Source: an uncultured bacterium
GTDB taxonomy: Bacteria > Zixibacteria > MSB-5A5 > GN15 > FEB-12
Length of the DNA stretch: 64,000 nucleotides
Direction: 5' to 3'
Assembly (NCBI GenBank): GCA_965372795.1
Contig: CBDVDR010000016.1
Location: 19,119 to 83,118 of the forward strand
This document shows positions 29,828-39,562 of this stretch, piece after piece. A program made the translations under genes and the position numbers. Under the pieces are notes generated by a model. The model ran no database searches and was not told where the DNA came from. It was given only the letters and a program-made list of their open reading frames with translations. How positions within the stretch are numbered: position 1 is the stretch's first letter; the number at the start of each line of letters is the position of its first letter.

Positions 29828-30442
29828 TACGACTTACCTCCTAACCTGAACTTATATTATCCGTTCAATGAATAGTGTTAATTTCAAAGTCGTTTGAATA
29901 CAATCACTTACATTAAACATCCTTATCTTCGATAATATTATGATCTTTTTTTCGCATACTTAACAGTACGGAACTCGTTGCATGTTAGTAATATATTGAT
30001 GCGATACACGAAACACCAGTAAAAAATTCGAGTTGATTAAGTGTAATCTCTGCTTTCAAAAGCATACTGTTGCAAGATAGAGTATCCTCAATGTAAGGTG
30101 GGTACTATTGAGATTAGAGACAAAAAATCTTTAAAATCTCATTAGACCTTTCTAATTTTGTTCTTATCGCAAGAGGTCAATGATTATATAGTATCCTGAA
30201 CCTCTTCGAAGTTCCGCTAATCTTCCAAAAAGTCAAACATGATGCTCAAGGATCTTGTCTATACGGCTATAAGTTGTGTTAGAACTCATTCAGTCTGCCA
30301 ATTATGTCATCCGTTAGAGATTTGCAAACATTATCTATTCTGGGGAGCTTTTCTGTGTGATGTTATGATACTTGGGGACAGTCTACTGGTATTCAGCAGA
30401 TCAGCTATGATCTTTGAGCTGAAACCTATCACAGTGATACTT

Positions 30443-30522
30443 GACATCCAGTTGTGATAATCGTCTCGTAGAGCCCGCCATTTTTTGGAGAACCCTGATG
30501 AAATCATCGGGGTTTTTTCATG
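30443..30522 (+). repeat. att-like scar 1 (attR of the recombinase element) plus terminator
   Basis: atcgtctcgtagagcccgcca-ttttttggagaaccctgatgaaatcatcggggtttttt. Confidence 0.8.
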
Positions 30523-30716
30523 TCAAAATTTATAAAAATTTGACATGCATCCCAACAACTCCTCTTATTTATATCTACTTGTTTGACAAAGTGTTACACG
30601 TTCGAATCTGCCTACAAACTTTCTTTTAATAGACTGTATTAAATATCCTTTCATACTGCGCAAGATAAGGGTATACTTTTCGTCATGAAACCTGCAATCT
30701 TAAATAGCCTTTCCCC

Positions 30717-31961
30717 GTGCATATAGTTGTTGTCGGAGGTGGCCCGGCGGGCATATTTGCAGCTATCAGAGCAGCCGAAACGGGAAGCAACAATCGTGTG
30801 ACAGTGCTTGAAGCGACCAATGAACCACTCGGCAAAGTACGTATCTCCGGCGGTGGGCGATGCAATGTCACTCACAACTGTTTTGATCCTGCTGAATTAG
30901 TCAAACACTACCCACGTGGCCACAAAGAATTGAGAGGACCGTTTTCCAGGTTCCAGCCGCACGACACAGTCGAGTTTTTCCTACGGCACGGCGTCCAACT
31001 GAAGTCTGAATCAGATGGACGCATGTTTCCGACCTCCGACTCATCGGAGACTATAATAGACTGCCTGCTTTCAGTCGCAAAATCGCTCGGGGTAGAAATT
31101 AGACTTGGGAAGAGAGTGACGGCTATCAACATATTATCAGATGCTAACTCCCCTCAGTTTATCGCCAGTTTGCACAGCGACAAGTCAATCGAGTGCGATA
31201 GGGTCATGATCGCGAGTGGAAGCAGCCCGCAAGGGTATCGTTTGGCCGACTCGGTCGGGCATACGATTGTGCCCGGTGTTCCTTCCCTCTTTACCTTCAA
31301 AATTAGGGATGAGCGGCTGAATGATTTGGCCGGTATCAGTTTTGACCGTGTGCAACTGCAACTGGATGTGGGGAAAAAAAAGAAGCTGTCGCAGATTGGA
31401 CCATTGTTGATAACACATTGGGGACTAAGCGGTCCGGCGGTGCTCAAGCTCTCCGCCTGGGGAGCGCGTGCTTTAAACGAATGCCGCTATAAAGCAAAAC
31501 TCACCGTGAATTTTCTGCCAGAGCATGATACAGAATCTGTGTACGACGAATTTCTGTTGTACAAAAGAGAGAACCCTAAGAAGCGAATTGTATCACAGTC
31601 GCTTTTCGATACTCCAAAAAGGTATTGGAGTCAGGCAACTACCGCCGCCGGAATCGCTGACACGCTCCTGTGGGCCGACGTTACCAAGGTTGCCTTGAAA
31701 GCCCTCGCGCACCAGCTGACAGCCGCGACATTTCTGGTTACCGGCAAAGGGATATTCAAAGACGAGTTTGTGACTGCAGGTGGAGTAAGACTAAATGAGA
31801 TTGATTTCAGAACAATGCAGAGCCGTATCTGTCCCGGCTTGTATTTTGGAGGTGAGGTTCTAGATATCGATGGTATCACAGGCGGGTTTAATTTTCAGTC
31901 GGCCTGGACGACCGGCTGGATTGCCGGTGGGAGTATGGCGGAAACGTCAGTCGAAGCCTGA
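30717..31961 (+). CDS. NAD(P)/FAD-dependent oxidoreductase, HI0933/BaiN family
   Basis: GGGPAG, KVRISGGGRCNVT, LITHWGLSGP, VTAGGV, GGFNFQSAW; visibly more GC-rich than its flanks. Confidence 0.92.
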   Translation: MHIVVVGGGPAGIFAAIRAAETGSNNRVTVLEATNEPLGKVRISGGGRCNVTHNCFDPAELVKHYPRGHKELRGPFSRFQPHDTVEFFLRHGVQLKSESDGRMFPTSDSSETIIDCLLSVAKSLGVEIRLGKRVTAINILSDANSPQFIASLHSDKSIECDRVMIASGSSPQGYRLADSVGHTIVPGVPSLFTFKIRDERLNDLAGISFDRVQLQLDVGKKKKLSQIGPLLITHWGLSGPAVLKLSAWGARALNECRYKAKLTVNFLPEHDTESVYDEFLLYKRENPKKRIVSQSLFDTPKRYWSQATTAAGIADTLLWADVTKVALKALAHQLTAATFLVTGKGIFKDEFVTAGGVRLNEIDFRTMQSRICPGLYFGGEVLDIDGITGGFNFQSAWTTGWIAGGSMAETSVEA

Positions 31962-32060
31962 TGGAGTCACAGTTAAAAGTAGTGATTGCGTAGACAGCCT
32001 TCGTATTTCTTGCTCATAAATGAACAGGGCTTTTATTTGTATTTAAATAAACTACGCAGC

Positions 32061-32088
32061 AGTTCTAACAAAATCCACGAAAGCCCGC
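32061..32088 (+). repeat. Divergent att-like scar
   Basis: Ends in cccgc; minus strand reads KRAFVDFVRTAA* in the recombinase-tail register. Confidence 0.5.
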
Positions 32089-32133
32089 TTTCTTACAAAG
32101 AAAATTGAAATTTAGGCATGAATTTATGTATTT

Positions 32134-32219
32134 CATACATCAAATAGTTGCGAAGATCGTCTATTGAACCCCGCCATTTTTTGGAAGAACCCTGATGAAA
32201 TCATCGGGGTTTTTTCATG
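32134..32219 (+). repeat. att-like scar plus terminator
   Basis: catacatcaaatagttgcgaagatcgtctattgaaccccgcca followed by the same terminator as at 30491. Confidence 0.85.
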
Positions 32220-32384
32220 CCATAAATTATCTCAGATACATAGACATCAAGAACCTTGACGGTTAAGTCTATCTTGTTCTTAAGACCTGAGTATTTTTCA
32301 ATAATTATGGGGTTTACAATTATCGTTGAGTTTACTATCTTTAATAAATCGTGGAAATGTAATTTAATAATTTTAATAGAAGAT

Positions 32385-32411
32385 GTCAGGAGCACACGGC
32401 TCCTGACCTAC
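32385..32411 (-). repeat. GTAG-type REP-like palindrome
   Basis: Minus strand GTAG-gtcaggagc-cgtgt-gctcctgac. Confidence 0.55.
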
Positions 32412-32459
32412 TCGTGCTATCTTATGATCAGCTAACAGTATACGTGGCAGTAATAAACT

Positions 32460-32588
32460 TATGATTCAGTCGATATGATCTCGGATACCGAGGCTGATGC
32501 GGCGATGAAGATCGCTGTGGAACTGGGAAAGGAGGTGACTATGTGGCTGAAGGAAAATCATCCGCAATTGTTGGAGAGGCAAGAATAG
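32460..32588 (+). pseudogene. C-terminal fragment of a HEPN-like protein
   Basis: YDSVDMISDTEADAAMKIAVELGKEVTMWLKENHPQLL* with no intact upstream frame. Confidence 0.45.
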
Positions 32589-32660
32589 GTAATGCCTGAT
32601 GAGGTACTAGTTGACAGCAAGGAGACCATATAATGTTTTTTTCGAAAAGAAAGCAAACAC

Positions 32661-33524
32661 ATGGAACAAGTAATAGAGATCGCAGAATGGGTCGTCTGGG
32701 GATTTGCGTTGCTTCTTAGCTTCGCGTTCTTGATGAACCGGCACAAAGATGGCGGCGTAATGTTGCTTTCCCGCCGTTACGCAATTCTCGTTTTGGTTGG
32801 AGCTTTGGTCACATTCGTCACTGACATTTCCAAATTGCATCTCCTCTGGTGGATGCCGATTGCGTATTTTCTCAATATGTATCTATTTACCATCATCTTT
32901 CAGAATAAAATGAAATCCTTCGAGAACAACTTGATGAACGCGGTGGGTAGCCGGCCAAACATTGAGCAAGATAGTGGATTTACTGAAGAAGATGATGACG
33001 ACGAAGAGTATGCTTTCGCAAGAGAAATGCTGGTTGCGTATTTGAAGGTATCGAAAGAATACCTCATGTACAGAGTTGTTGATGAGTCGCGACTGCCTTT
33101 CAAAAAGGAGGATTTGAAAACAGTGATAAAACTAATGATGTGTTATCTTGACAGTGATTCTGAAAAAGAAGCTTTCCGAGAGAGTTATTACCTGCTTTCC
33201 AAATACCAGCCTGATTCAGAAACACTCGAAAACGTCCAAAGACTAACCATGGAGGCTTATGAAGAAGTGATTAAACATGAGGGGACGGATATCGATGAAG
33301 ATGAAAGGCTTGCAGGATTACTAGACGCGGTAGAAAACAACTTAGACTTGGAAGATACAGAAGCCGTTGACCACGAAAAAGAACTGCTGGTGGCTGAATT
33401 AAAACTGTGGGAAAAGAAAATTGAGGTGGAAGAAGCCAAACAAGAGATAAGAGATTACATTTCTTCTTTAAAGGACGACTCCGAACAAGGTGATGAAGGC
33501 GACGGGATGAAGCGTGCACATTAG
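32661..33524 (+). CDS. Hypothetical membrane protein with acidic C-terminal domain
   Basis: Three N-terminal TMs (SKLHLLWWMP), acidic helical tail. Confidence 0.65.
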   Translation: MEQVIEIAEWVVWGFALLLSFAFLMNRHKDGGVMLLSRRYAILVLVGALVTFVTDISKLHLLWWMPIAYFLNMYLFTIIFQNKMKSFENNLMNAVGSRPNIEQDSGFTEEDDDDEEYAFAREMLVAYLKVSKEYLMYRVVDESRLPFKKEDLKTVIKLMMCYLDSDSEKEAFRESYYLLSKYQPDSETLENVQRLTMEAYEEVIKHEGTDIDEDERLAGLLDAVENNLDLEDTEAVDHEKELLVAELKLWEKKIEVEEAKQEIRDYISSLKDDSEQGDEGDGMKRAH

Positions 33525-33593
33525 CTCAAACGTTATGTAATTACCTTCCAAAGTGTTCCGCTTGCAACAGAATAGCCCGTTTTCACCTGAAAC

Positions 33594-33636
33594 CTGAATA
33601 CCACAAAAGTTTGGGGAGAGTGAGGTCCACCCCACA
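33594..33636 (+). repeat. att-like scar, second sequence family
   Basis: ctgaataccacaaaagtttggggagagtga, similar to 46270-46298; ends in ccccac. Confidence 0.5.
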
Positions 33637-33648
33637 TAGACCAAAAAA

Positions 33649-33673
33649 GCCCACGTTAATACGTGGGCATTTT
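33649..33673. terminator. Intrinsic terminator
   Basis: gcccacgt-taat-acgtgggc flanked by A- and T-tracts. Confidence 0.65.
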
Positions 33674-33715
33674 CCAATTACTCCTGATCAAGTCATCATT
33701 AGTAAACTTGAATTG

Positions 33716-33916
33716 TTAATCACTTTCATCTAATTCAAAGAAATCATTCACAGGCTTGTCAAATGTATATGACAACTTTAATGCCAATACAGTTGATGGA
33801 ACGAATTTATTCTTCTCAATCGAACTGATCGTTTGTCTTGATACTCCAATTTTGACAGCTAACTCTTCTTGTGTAAGATCCAAGATAGTTCTTTCAATTT
33901 TAATTTTATTGTTCAT
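33716..33916 (-). CDS. XRE-family HTH regulator
   Basis: MNNKIK...TQEELAVKIGVSRQTISSIEKNKFVPSTVLALKL. Confidence 0.9.
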   Translation of the reverse strand: MNNKIKIERTILDLTQEELAVKIGVSRQTISSIEKNKFVPSTVLALKLSYTFDKPVNDFFELDESD

Positions 33917-34359
33917 TGATGCATCTTCTTTAAAAAATGGAAAAAACCAATCTGCACGCTTAACAACATCCATAAAATTGTAAAATCTCCAATATCTTGA
34001 ATACCTTCGGTTTCTTTATTCAAAACGATACCAACAAAATAATTAACAAATGGAAGAACCATCGAATAGATCACAGCTATAATAAATGCAATAGAATACG
34101 ATTGCATTCGTAAATCTTTCACTAATTCATCTTCAATTTTTTCTTTTGAAATTGAAATGAGCAATAAACCGACTAATAGTATATTTTTGGCTATCAACTC
34201 TAAATTGTTAAATTCCTTGGGAATTCCAATTATAATAATTGCTATAAATGCTACAAGAAACATCCCTAAGCCAATTTTCTTGAAAACGTTAGGGAGTTGG
34301 TATTTCTTGAGTTTTTCAAGAGATTTTCTTTCGCACTCTAAAAACGATTTTGTATTCAT
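33913..34359 (-). CDS. Membrane protein co-transcribed with the XRE regulator
   Basis: Four TMs, SISKEKIEDE motif, ATGA overlap with the HTH gene. Confidence 0.75.
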   Translation of the reverse strand: MNTKSFLECERKSLEKLKKYQLPNVFKKIGLGMFLVAFIAIIIIGIPKEFNNLELIAKNILLVGLLLISISKEKIEDELVKDLRMQSYSIAFIIAVIYSMVLPFVNYFVGIVLNKETEGIQDIGDFTILWMLLSVQIGFFHFLKKMHQ

Positions 34360-34703
34360 CCTGTCTCCTTTAATTAACACGTCAGATTATTGTAATCTTT
34401 ACTTGTCATTATATCGGCTATACTTTACATAATGTCAAGTATATTTTACATATTATCATGAAATATTTCTAATACTATCCAGAATTTAATAATATCAGGA
34501 CATTAACTTCGTTTAATTCAACAACTTGTAACAGTATTTTGGCTTGGACAAATTAACTCGAACTAAGGTATTCTAAGGTGTTAACCTTACAATACCACTT
34601 CTATTCTAACGGGTAGCTTGATTTCAGTAGTTCCTGTTCGTTAAGCACGGCAGTTTCGAATCAAAATCAGAGTTCAATGGTTTCTTGCGTTATTTCAAAT
34701 TGT

Positions 34704-34736
34704 AAATAGTTGGGAAGATCGTCTAATGAACCCCGC
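34704..34736 (+). repeat. att-like scar
   Basis: aaatagttgggaagatcgtctaatgaaccccgc. Confidence 0.8.
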
Positions 34737-34861
34737 AAAATCCTTCTCGACAATATCAACAATTAACAATATTTCAAATTCCTAAAATTAGTACTATTTA
34801 TATTATTGACTGATATATCTAATTATATTAGATTTTGATAACAATAACAATTGGAGTTGAA

Positions 34862-35164
34862 ATGAAATGTCCAAAATGTACACACAACGTGATGTCATTT
34901 GGTAAAACTATGGTATTGATCGACCCGCGACATATAAGTTGCTGGAAGTGTCATGCCAAACTGAAGTTGTCGAACCAATGGGTATCCACTTTCTGGGTTT
35001 CTATCACTGTTGGGTTCTTTCTTGGTGTACTTCATGCACTATTCGACAATCTGCTAATCTCGGATAACGCAGCAATCTACATTATCGCTTGGATAGCTTT
35101 CGCTTTGTGTTACGACCTAATCTTCTGGAAATTTGCCAACTATGAAGTGATGCCTAATGATTGA
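34862..35164 (+). CDS. CxxC-x20-CxxC zinc-binding membrane protein
   Basis: CPKC-20 aa-CWKC followed by two TMs; GGAG RBS. Confidence 0.7.
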   Translation: MKCPKCTHNVMSFGKTMVLIDPRHISCWKCHAKLKLSNQWVSTFWVSITVGFFLGVLHALFDNLLISDNAAIYIIAWIAFALCYDLIFWKFANYEVMPND

Positions 35165-35259
35165 AGCCGGACGAGTTTTATCATTTATATCTTAAATAGT
35201 ATAATTCCCCCCGCTTCATTAAAGAAATGATTGAAGTTGTTTAACGTAATTACTCGTTC

Positions 35260-35307
35260 CATACATCAAAAAGTTGCGAAGATCGTCTAATGAGCCCCGC
35301 CATTTTT
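35260..35307 (+). repeat. att-like scar
   Basis: catacatcaaaaagttgcgaagatcgtctaatgagccccgccattttt. Confidence 0.85.
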
Positions 35308-35553
35308 ATTTACTCTGCCAATCGGTGGGGTAATTTTTTTAGCATACAGTTGAGATCATATAATCAAGTCAATAAGAGGCTTTATAAAACCCACTTTAAA
35401 AATGGGGCACCCGGTTTAAAAGATGGACTAACTAATTTTGTTGATGTTCAATGATGAATTTCTAAAAACTGAGATAATATTTTTGATTTGAAATTTTTTT
35501 GCATAAAAGAAAATTTGAATGAAGATTTTGCTGAAAAGAGAACATTTGTAATC

Positions 35554-36069
35554 TTATAATATTATATCATTTAATTCCTTCCTACCTTGTGGCTCAGGAT
35601 CTTCCGCAGGATAGCCAATTGGTATTACAAATGGGACAATAAAATCTTTAGGTATATTAAGAATTTCTTTTAACTTATCACGATATACCCAAGCAACAAA
35701 GACTGTGCCTAATCCTAGTTCTGTAGCCCTTAAGACTAAAAAAGAAGCAGCAATTGATAGGTCTATATAAGCATAGTTGATAGGATTTTCGTCAACATCT
35801 TCACTATCAGGATATTGGGATGGATCAGCGCAACAAACAATAATAAGAGGAGCATCATAAACATAAGGCTGTTTAAAAACCTTTTGTTTCATTAATTTCT
35901 TTATAATTTCTTTATCGTTAACAATCAAATACCTATGAGATTGAATATTTTTAGCTGACGGTGCTTTTCTGGCGGCATTAAGGAGTTCTTTTATTATTTC
36001 TTCTGGAATTTCTTTGTCTTTATACTTCCTTATGCTTTTTCTTAAGTTTATTGTTTCTTTAACGCTCAT
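35554..36069 (-). CDS. Nitroreductase family protein
   Basis: RKSIRKY, APSAKNIQ, LGLGTVFV, IPIGYP; start MSVKE assumed. Confidence 0.88.
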   Translation of the reverse strand: MSVKETINLRKSIRKYKDKEIPEEIIKELLNAARKAPSAKNIQSHRYLIVNDKEIIKKLMKQKVFKQPYVYDAPLIIVCCADPSQYPDSEDVDENPINYAYIDLSIAASFLVLRATELGLGTVFVAWVYRDKLKEILNIPKDFIVPFVIPIGYPAEDPEPQGRKELNDIIL

Positions 36070-36495
36070 ATTACAATTATATATCATATTAAAAATAAAA
36101 AACAACCTCCTTATAAGATAATTTTTTGGCTCCCCCTAGTGCCAGCCCGCCATAACCACCGATCAGGCGTGTCGGGTGGGAAGGAAGTTCGCACATCACA
36201 GCTCGTAAATATTGTCATAATAGCAGCGGTTGCCGCCCTAATGTATGCCTGTAAAGTTTAGTATTCTCTTTTAAGGGTTCTTATGATACTTCACAACTTA
36301 TTGTTTTCCAACGATTTCCATTTAGTATTTTGAAACTTGTTGAAATTTCAATCTCGAATATCACAAAAGTTTTCTGAGAGTGATATTGGCACCGCTTTTA
36401 AAAATCATTTAACTTCATGCGTTTACATCACAACCCTAAGTGCTTATCACATAAACTTCGAACTTTTACAGAAATATATTTCTCCACTTATCTCT

Positions 36496-39141
36496 TTATC
36501 CTGTATTTCTCATTCCGGCGGCGATTCCTACAATAGTCAGTAACAAGGCGTGACGAAGGTCCGAATCTTTGGTCATTCGACTCATTCGATATCGTTTCAA
36601 CGCTTCAACCTGTAGAATATTTAAAGTATCGGTATATGGATTCCGAACCGAAATTGATCGTTGTATTACCGGTGAGCCACTAAGCAGTTCATTCTGTCCA
36701 GTCAATTCCAACCAGCCTTTAGTGACCTCCAGCAAGTCTGTGCGAAGTTGTTTCCCAATGGGGTGCAGGACTTTTTCTGTTAGATTATTTTCATAATGTT
36801 CAGTTATATCCGGAAGTGTTTTAGCTAAAACCATCTCCTGCATCCCTACCATATTCCTGAAATATACCCAATCTTCGAGCATCTCCTGTAATTGCTTTTT
36901 ATCAAAAGTGTCATAATTAAAAATAACCTGGGTACCAAGCCAGGCTGGGAGCATCAGACGCACTTGAGTCCAGCCGAAAACCCACGGAATCGCTCGCAGG
37001 CTGTCGATATCTTTCCCCCGTTTTCGTTTTGCGGGACGACTTCCGATTGCAATCTCCTCCAGTTCAAGAATTGGTGTTGTTTGCGTAAAATAGTCAACAA
37101 ATCGTTTCTCTTCCCTGACTACCTGCCGGTATTTAGCTGTTGATTTCTCAGCAAAGCTTTCCATCATTATCCGCCATGATTCTTTTGGTTTATCAGGTGG
37201 CAACAATCTTGCCTCCAGTGCTGCCGACAAGTAGACTTCGAGTGAACGCAATGCTACACCCTGTAATCCAAATTTATATCTGATCACTTCTCCCTGCTCA
37301 GTCACACGAACTCCTCCTTGAACTGCTCCAGGCGGCTGTGAAAGCAGAGCCTGGTGTGCCGATGCTCCTCCCCGACTGATAGTTCCCCCTCTACCATGGA
37401 ACAGGGTAAGCGGTATATCATGGTGAGAACAAACAGCAGTCAATGCTTCCTGTGCTTTATACTGCTCCCAGGAAGCCGCTAAAAATCCAGCATCTTTTGT
37501 AGAATCAGAATACCCAATCATTACTTCCTGTTTTGTAACGTTTTGTCGATACCAATCAATCCTTAACAGTTTATCAATTGTATCTCCAGCTGAACGCAGG
37601 TCATCAAGAGTTTCAAATAACGGCACAACCCGTATCATTTTTTTTACTCTCGAAAGTTTTTGCAAAAAGTAAACCGCCAATACATCAGAAGGCACTTTAG
37701 CCATAGAAATAACATAAGCCCCAAGCAAAGAAAAATCCTGCGATGCTATTAGACGAAAAGTTGAAAGTAATTCAATATCTTCCGAATCAGATGGAAATGA
37801 TTTTGGCAACTTAATTTGTTCTGACTGAATTCCTTCTAACAAAAATTTCTGGCGTTCAATTTCTGTCATTGTATCAAACGGTTTCTTTCTACGAAGTTTA
37901 GTAAAGTTTGTTAGAAACTGAGTGTGTCGACCGGCATCCTGACGAATATCCAGTCGTAATAACGAATGACCAAAACAGGCCAACTTTCGAAGTACATCTT
38001 TTAACTTACCATTGGCAATTGGTTTCATATTGGTTGCGATCAGCGACTGATAACAGAGTAAAAGCGGTTCTTTTAATGCTTCAAGGGTAATAATTGAAGG
38101 TTTAAATTTTTTCCGCCTGCCATCTAAGACTTCTTTAATTTGTTTTTGATCTTTATTAAGATTTTCCAATACAGATTTTAAAAGCGCCCGGTACGGCTCT
38201 CTGCTATTGCCTACCAGTTTACGAAGTTGGGAGGAACATGTGGTCATCGATAGTTCAGAACGGATCAGTTTCAGATCTTTTATCAGCAATTCAGCAGCTT
38301 CCCACTGCCCCAACAAGAGAACTTCCTGGGTAACTTCAGCAGTAACATAAGGGTTACCGTCACGATCCCCACCCATCCAGGATGAAAACCTAATTGGGCT
38401 AAAATCGACAGGGAGAGATTCACCTAATGACTCTTGTAAAATTAGATCGATATTTCGTAAAAAGAGTGGTACAGCCTCCCACAATGTCTGCTCAACTACC
38501 GCAAATCCCCAACGGGCTTCCTCAACTGGAGTCGGTTTGGTTAATCGCAATTCATCAGTTTGCCATGCTGCCAATAGAATCCGGTGTAACGATTCCTCAT
38601 TCCAATGACGTTCCGATTTAGTTAGGTCCTCCCTGTCAAGATTGCAAAGTTTTTCAGCAATAGCATTGTACTTCTGAATCATTGTCCTACGCTGGGTTTC
38701 AGTTGGATGCGCAGTCAGGACAAAATCTATATTAGTATCCATCAGATAACGGATAATCCGCTTCTTTTCTATCCCCGCCTCAAGTAATCGCGGAAGTAAT
38801 TCTTCCAATGAGCCTTTTTGAGGATGAGGTTCAGTCAATCGTTTGTATGAAAGACGGCGGCGTACCCGGTGTTGTTGTTCAGCTATATTGGCAAGATTTA
38901 AGAACTGGTTAAATGCTTTGGCAATTAACATTAGATTTTTATTATCAAGATTCTGAATAACTCCGATTAGTTGATTCCGAGCCTCTCTATCACCGGTTCT
39001 GGCATCTTGAGAGAGTTCACGTATTTCAGTAACTTTATCAAGAATTGGTTTACCTTCCAGTGAACTGATGACAGTACCGAGAATATTTCCCAACATCCGA
39101 ATGTTTTGGCGCAAGGGTTTGTGCGGATCGACAATACTCAT
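36496..39141 (-). CDS. ppc: Phosphoenolpyruvate carboxylase
   Basis: VLTAHPTE, SWMGGDRDGNP, VMIGYSDS, FHGRGG, LRAIPWVF, GIAAGMRNTG. Confidence 0.97.
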   Translation of the reverse strand: MSIVDPHKPLRQNIRMLGNILGTVISSLEGKPILDKVTEIRELSQDARTGDREARNQLIGVIQNLDNKNLMLIAKAFNQFLNLANIAEQQHRVRRRLSYKRLTEPHPQKGSLEELLPRLLEAGIEKKRIIRYLMDTNIDFVLTAHPTETQRRTMIQKYNAIAEKLCNLDREDLTKSERHWNEESLHRILLAAWQTDELRLTKPTPVEEARWGFAVVEQTLWEAVPLFLRNIDLILQESLGESLPVDFSPIRFSSWMGGDRDGNPYVTAEVTQEVLLLGQWEAAELLIKDLKLIRSELSMTTCSSQLRKLVGNSREPYRALLKSVLENLNKDQKQIKEVLDGRRKKFKPSIITLEALKEPLLLCYQSLIATNMKPIANGKLKDVLRKLACFGHSLLRLDIRQDAGRHTQFLTNFTKLRRKKPFDTMTEIERQKFLLEGIQSEQIKLPKSFPSDSEDIELLSTFRLIASQDFSLLGAYVISMAKVPSDVLAVYFLQKLSRVKKMIRVVPLFETLDDLRSAGDTIDKLLRIDWYRQNVTKQEVMIGYSDSTKDAGFLAASWEQYKAQEALTAVCSHHDIPLTLFHGRGGTISRGGASAHQALLSQPPGAVQGGVRVTEQGEVIRYKFGLQGVALRSLEVYLSAALEARLLPPDKPKESWRIMMESFAEKSTAKYRQVVREEKRFVDYFTQTTPILELEEIAIGSRPAKRKRGKDIDSLRAIPWVFGWTQVRLMLPAWLGTQVIFNYDTFDKKQLQEMLEDWVYFRNMVGMQEMVLAKTLPDITEHYENNLTEKVLHPIGKQLRTDLLEVTKGWLELTGQNELLSGSPVIQRSISVRNPYTDTLNILQVEALKRYRMSRMTKDSDLRHALLLTIVGIAAGMRNTG

Positions 39142-39327
39142 TTGTTATTCCTTAATTAGAGAATCAATTAACCGCAACTGTATTTTCCTTCAAAGCTTCC
39201 TACAATAAGCGACAGTAAAAGAAAGAGATAAATGTGGTTTAAACAAGTTTCAAAAATAGGAGTAAGTTATAAAACTGTTTTCCTTAAAACTCAATTGATT
39301 GAAAGTGTATTTATTAATTTCTTGCTT

Positions 39328-39373
39328 CATACATCAAAAAGTTGCAAAAGTTGTCCAACGAATCCCGTCTTTT
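39328..39373 (+). repeat. att-like scar
   Basis: catacatcaaaaagttgcaaaagttgtccaacgaatcccgtc. Confidence 0.8.
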
Positions 39374-39562
39374 GTAATTGCCTGTGTAGCACTACGTTAC
39401 AAGCTCTCACTATTTATTTATTCATAATTTATTTAGACTTCTTTGTGTTCCAATCATAGATGTTTTCCTTGTTATTGTTTGCTTTAAAGGTCTAAATAAT
39501 CTATCTTGTAATTAGTTAATAAGTATTGAATGCTATTGAAAAGTTAATGAGGTAGTCGGCCT

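Larger units (their letters stand above)
19685..30478. mobile_element. Integrative element (~10.8 kb) inserted at the tRNA-Asp 3' end
   Basis: attL gtctcgt-caac-cccgc in the tRNA and attR gtctcgt-agag-cccgcca at 30463-30480; carries recombinase, Rep-like gene, XRE regulator, MTase operon and radical SAM. Confidence 0.8.

Noticed and set aside
36126..36195. Possible inverted recombinase-tail scar (WLPLV...EVRT) interrupted by a GC-rich insert
   Set aside because: Needs an ad hoc insertion to align; too weak to support.
4821..39399. TAA-N19-TTA dif-like motifs at 4821, 28084 and 39375
   Set aside because: Only 6 fixed AT bases in very AT-rich DNA; not distinguishable from chance by eye.
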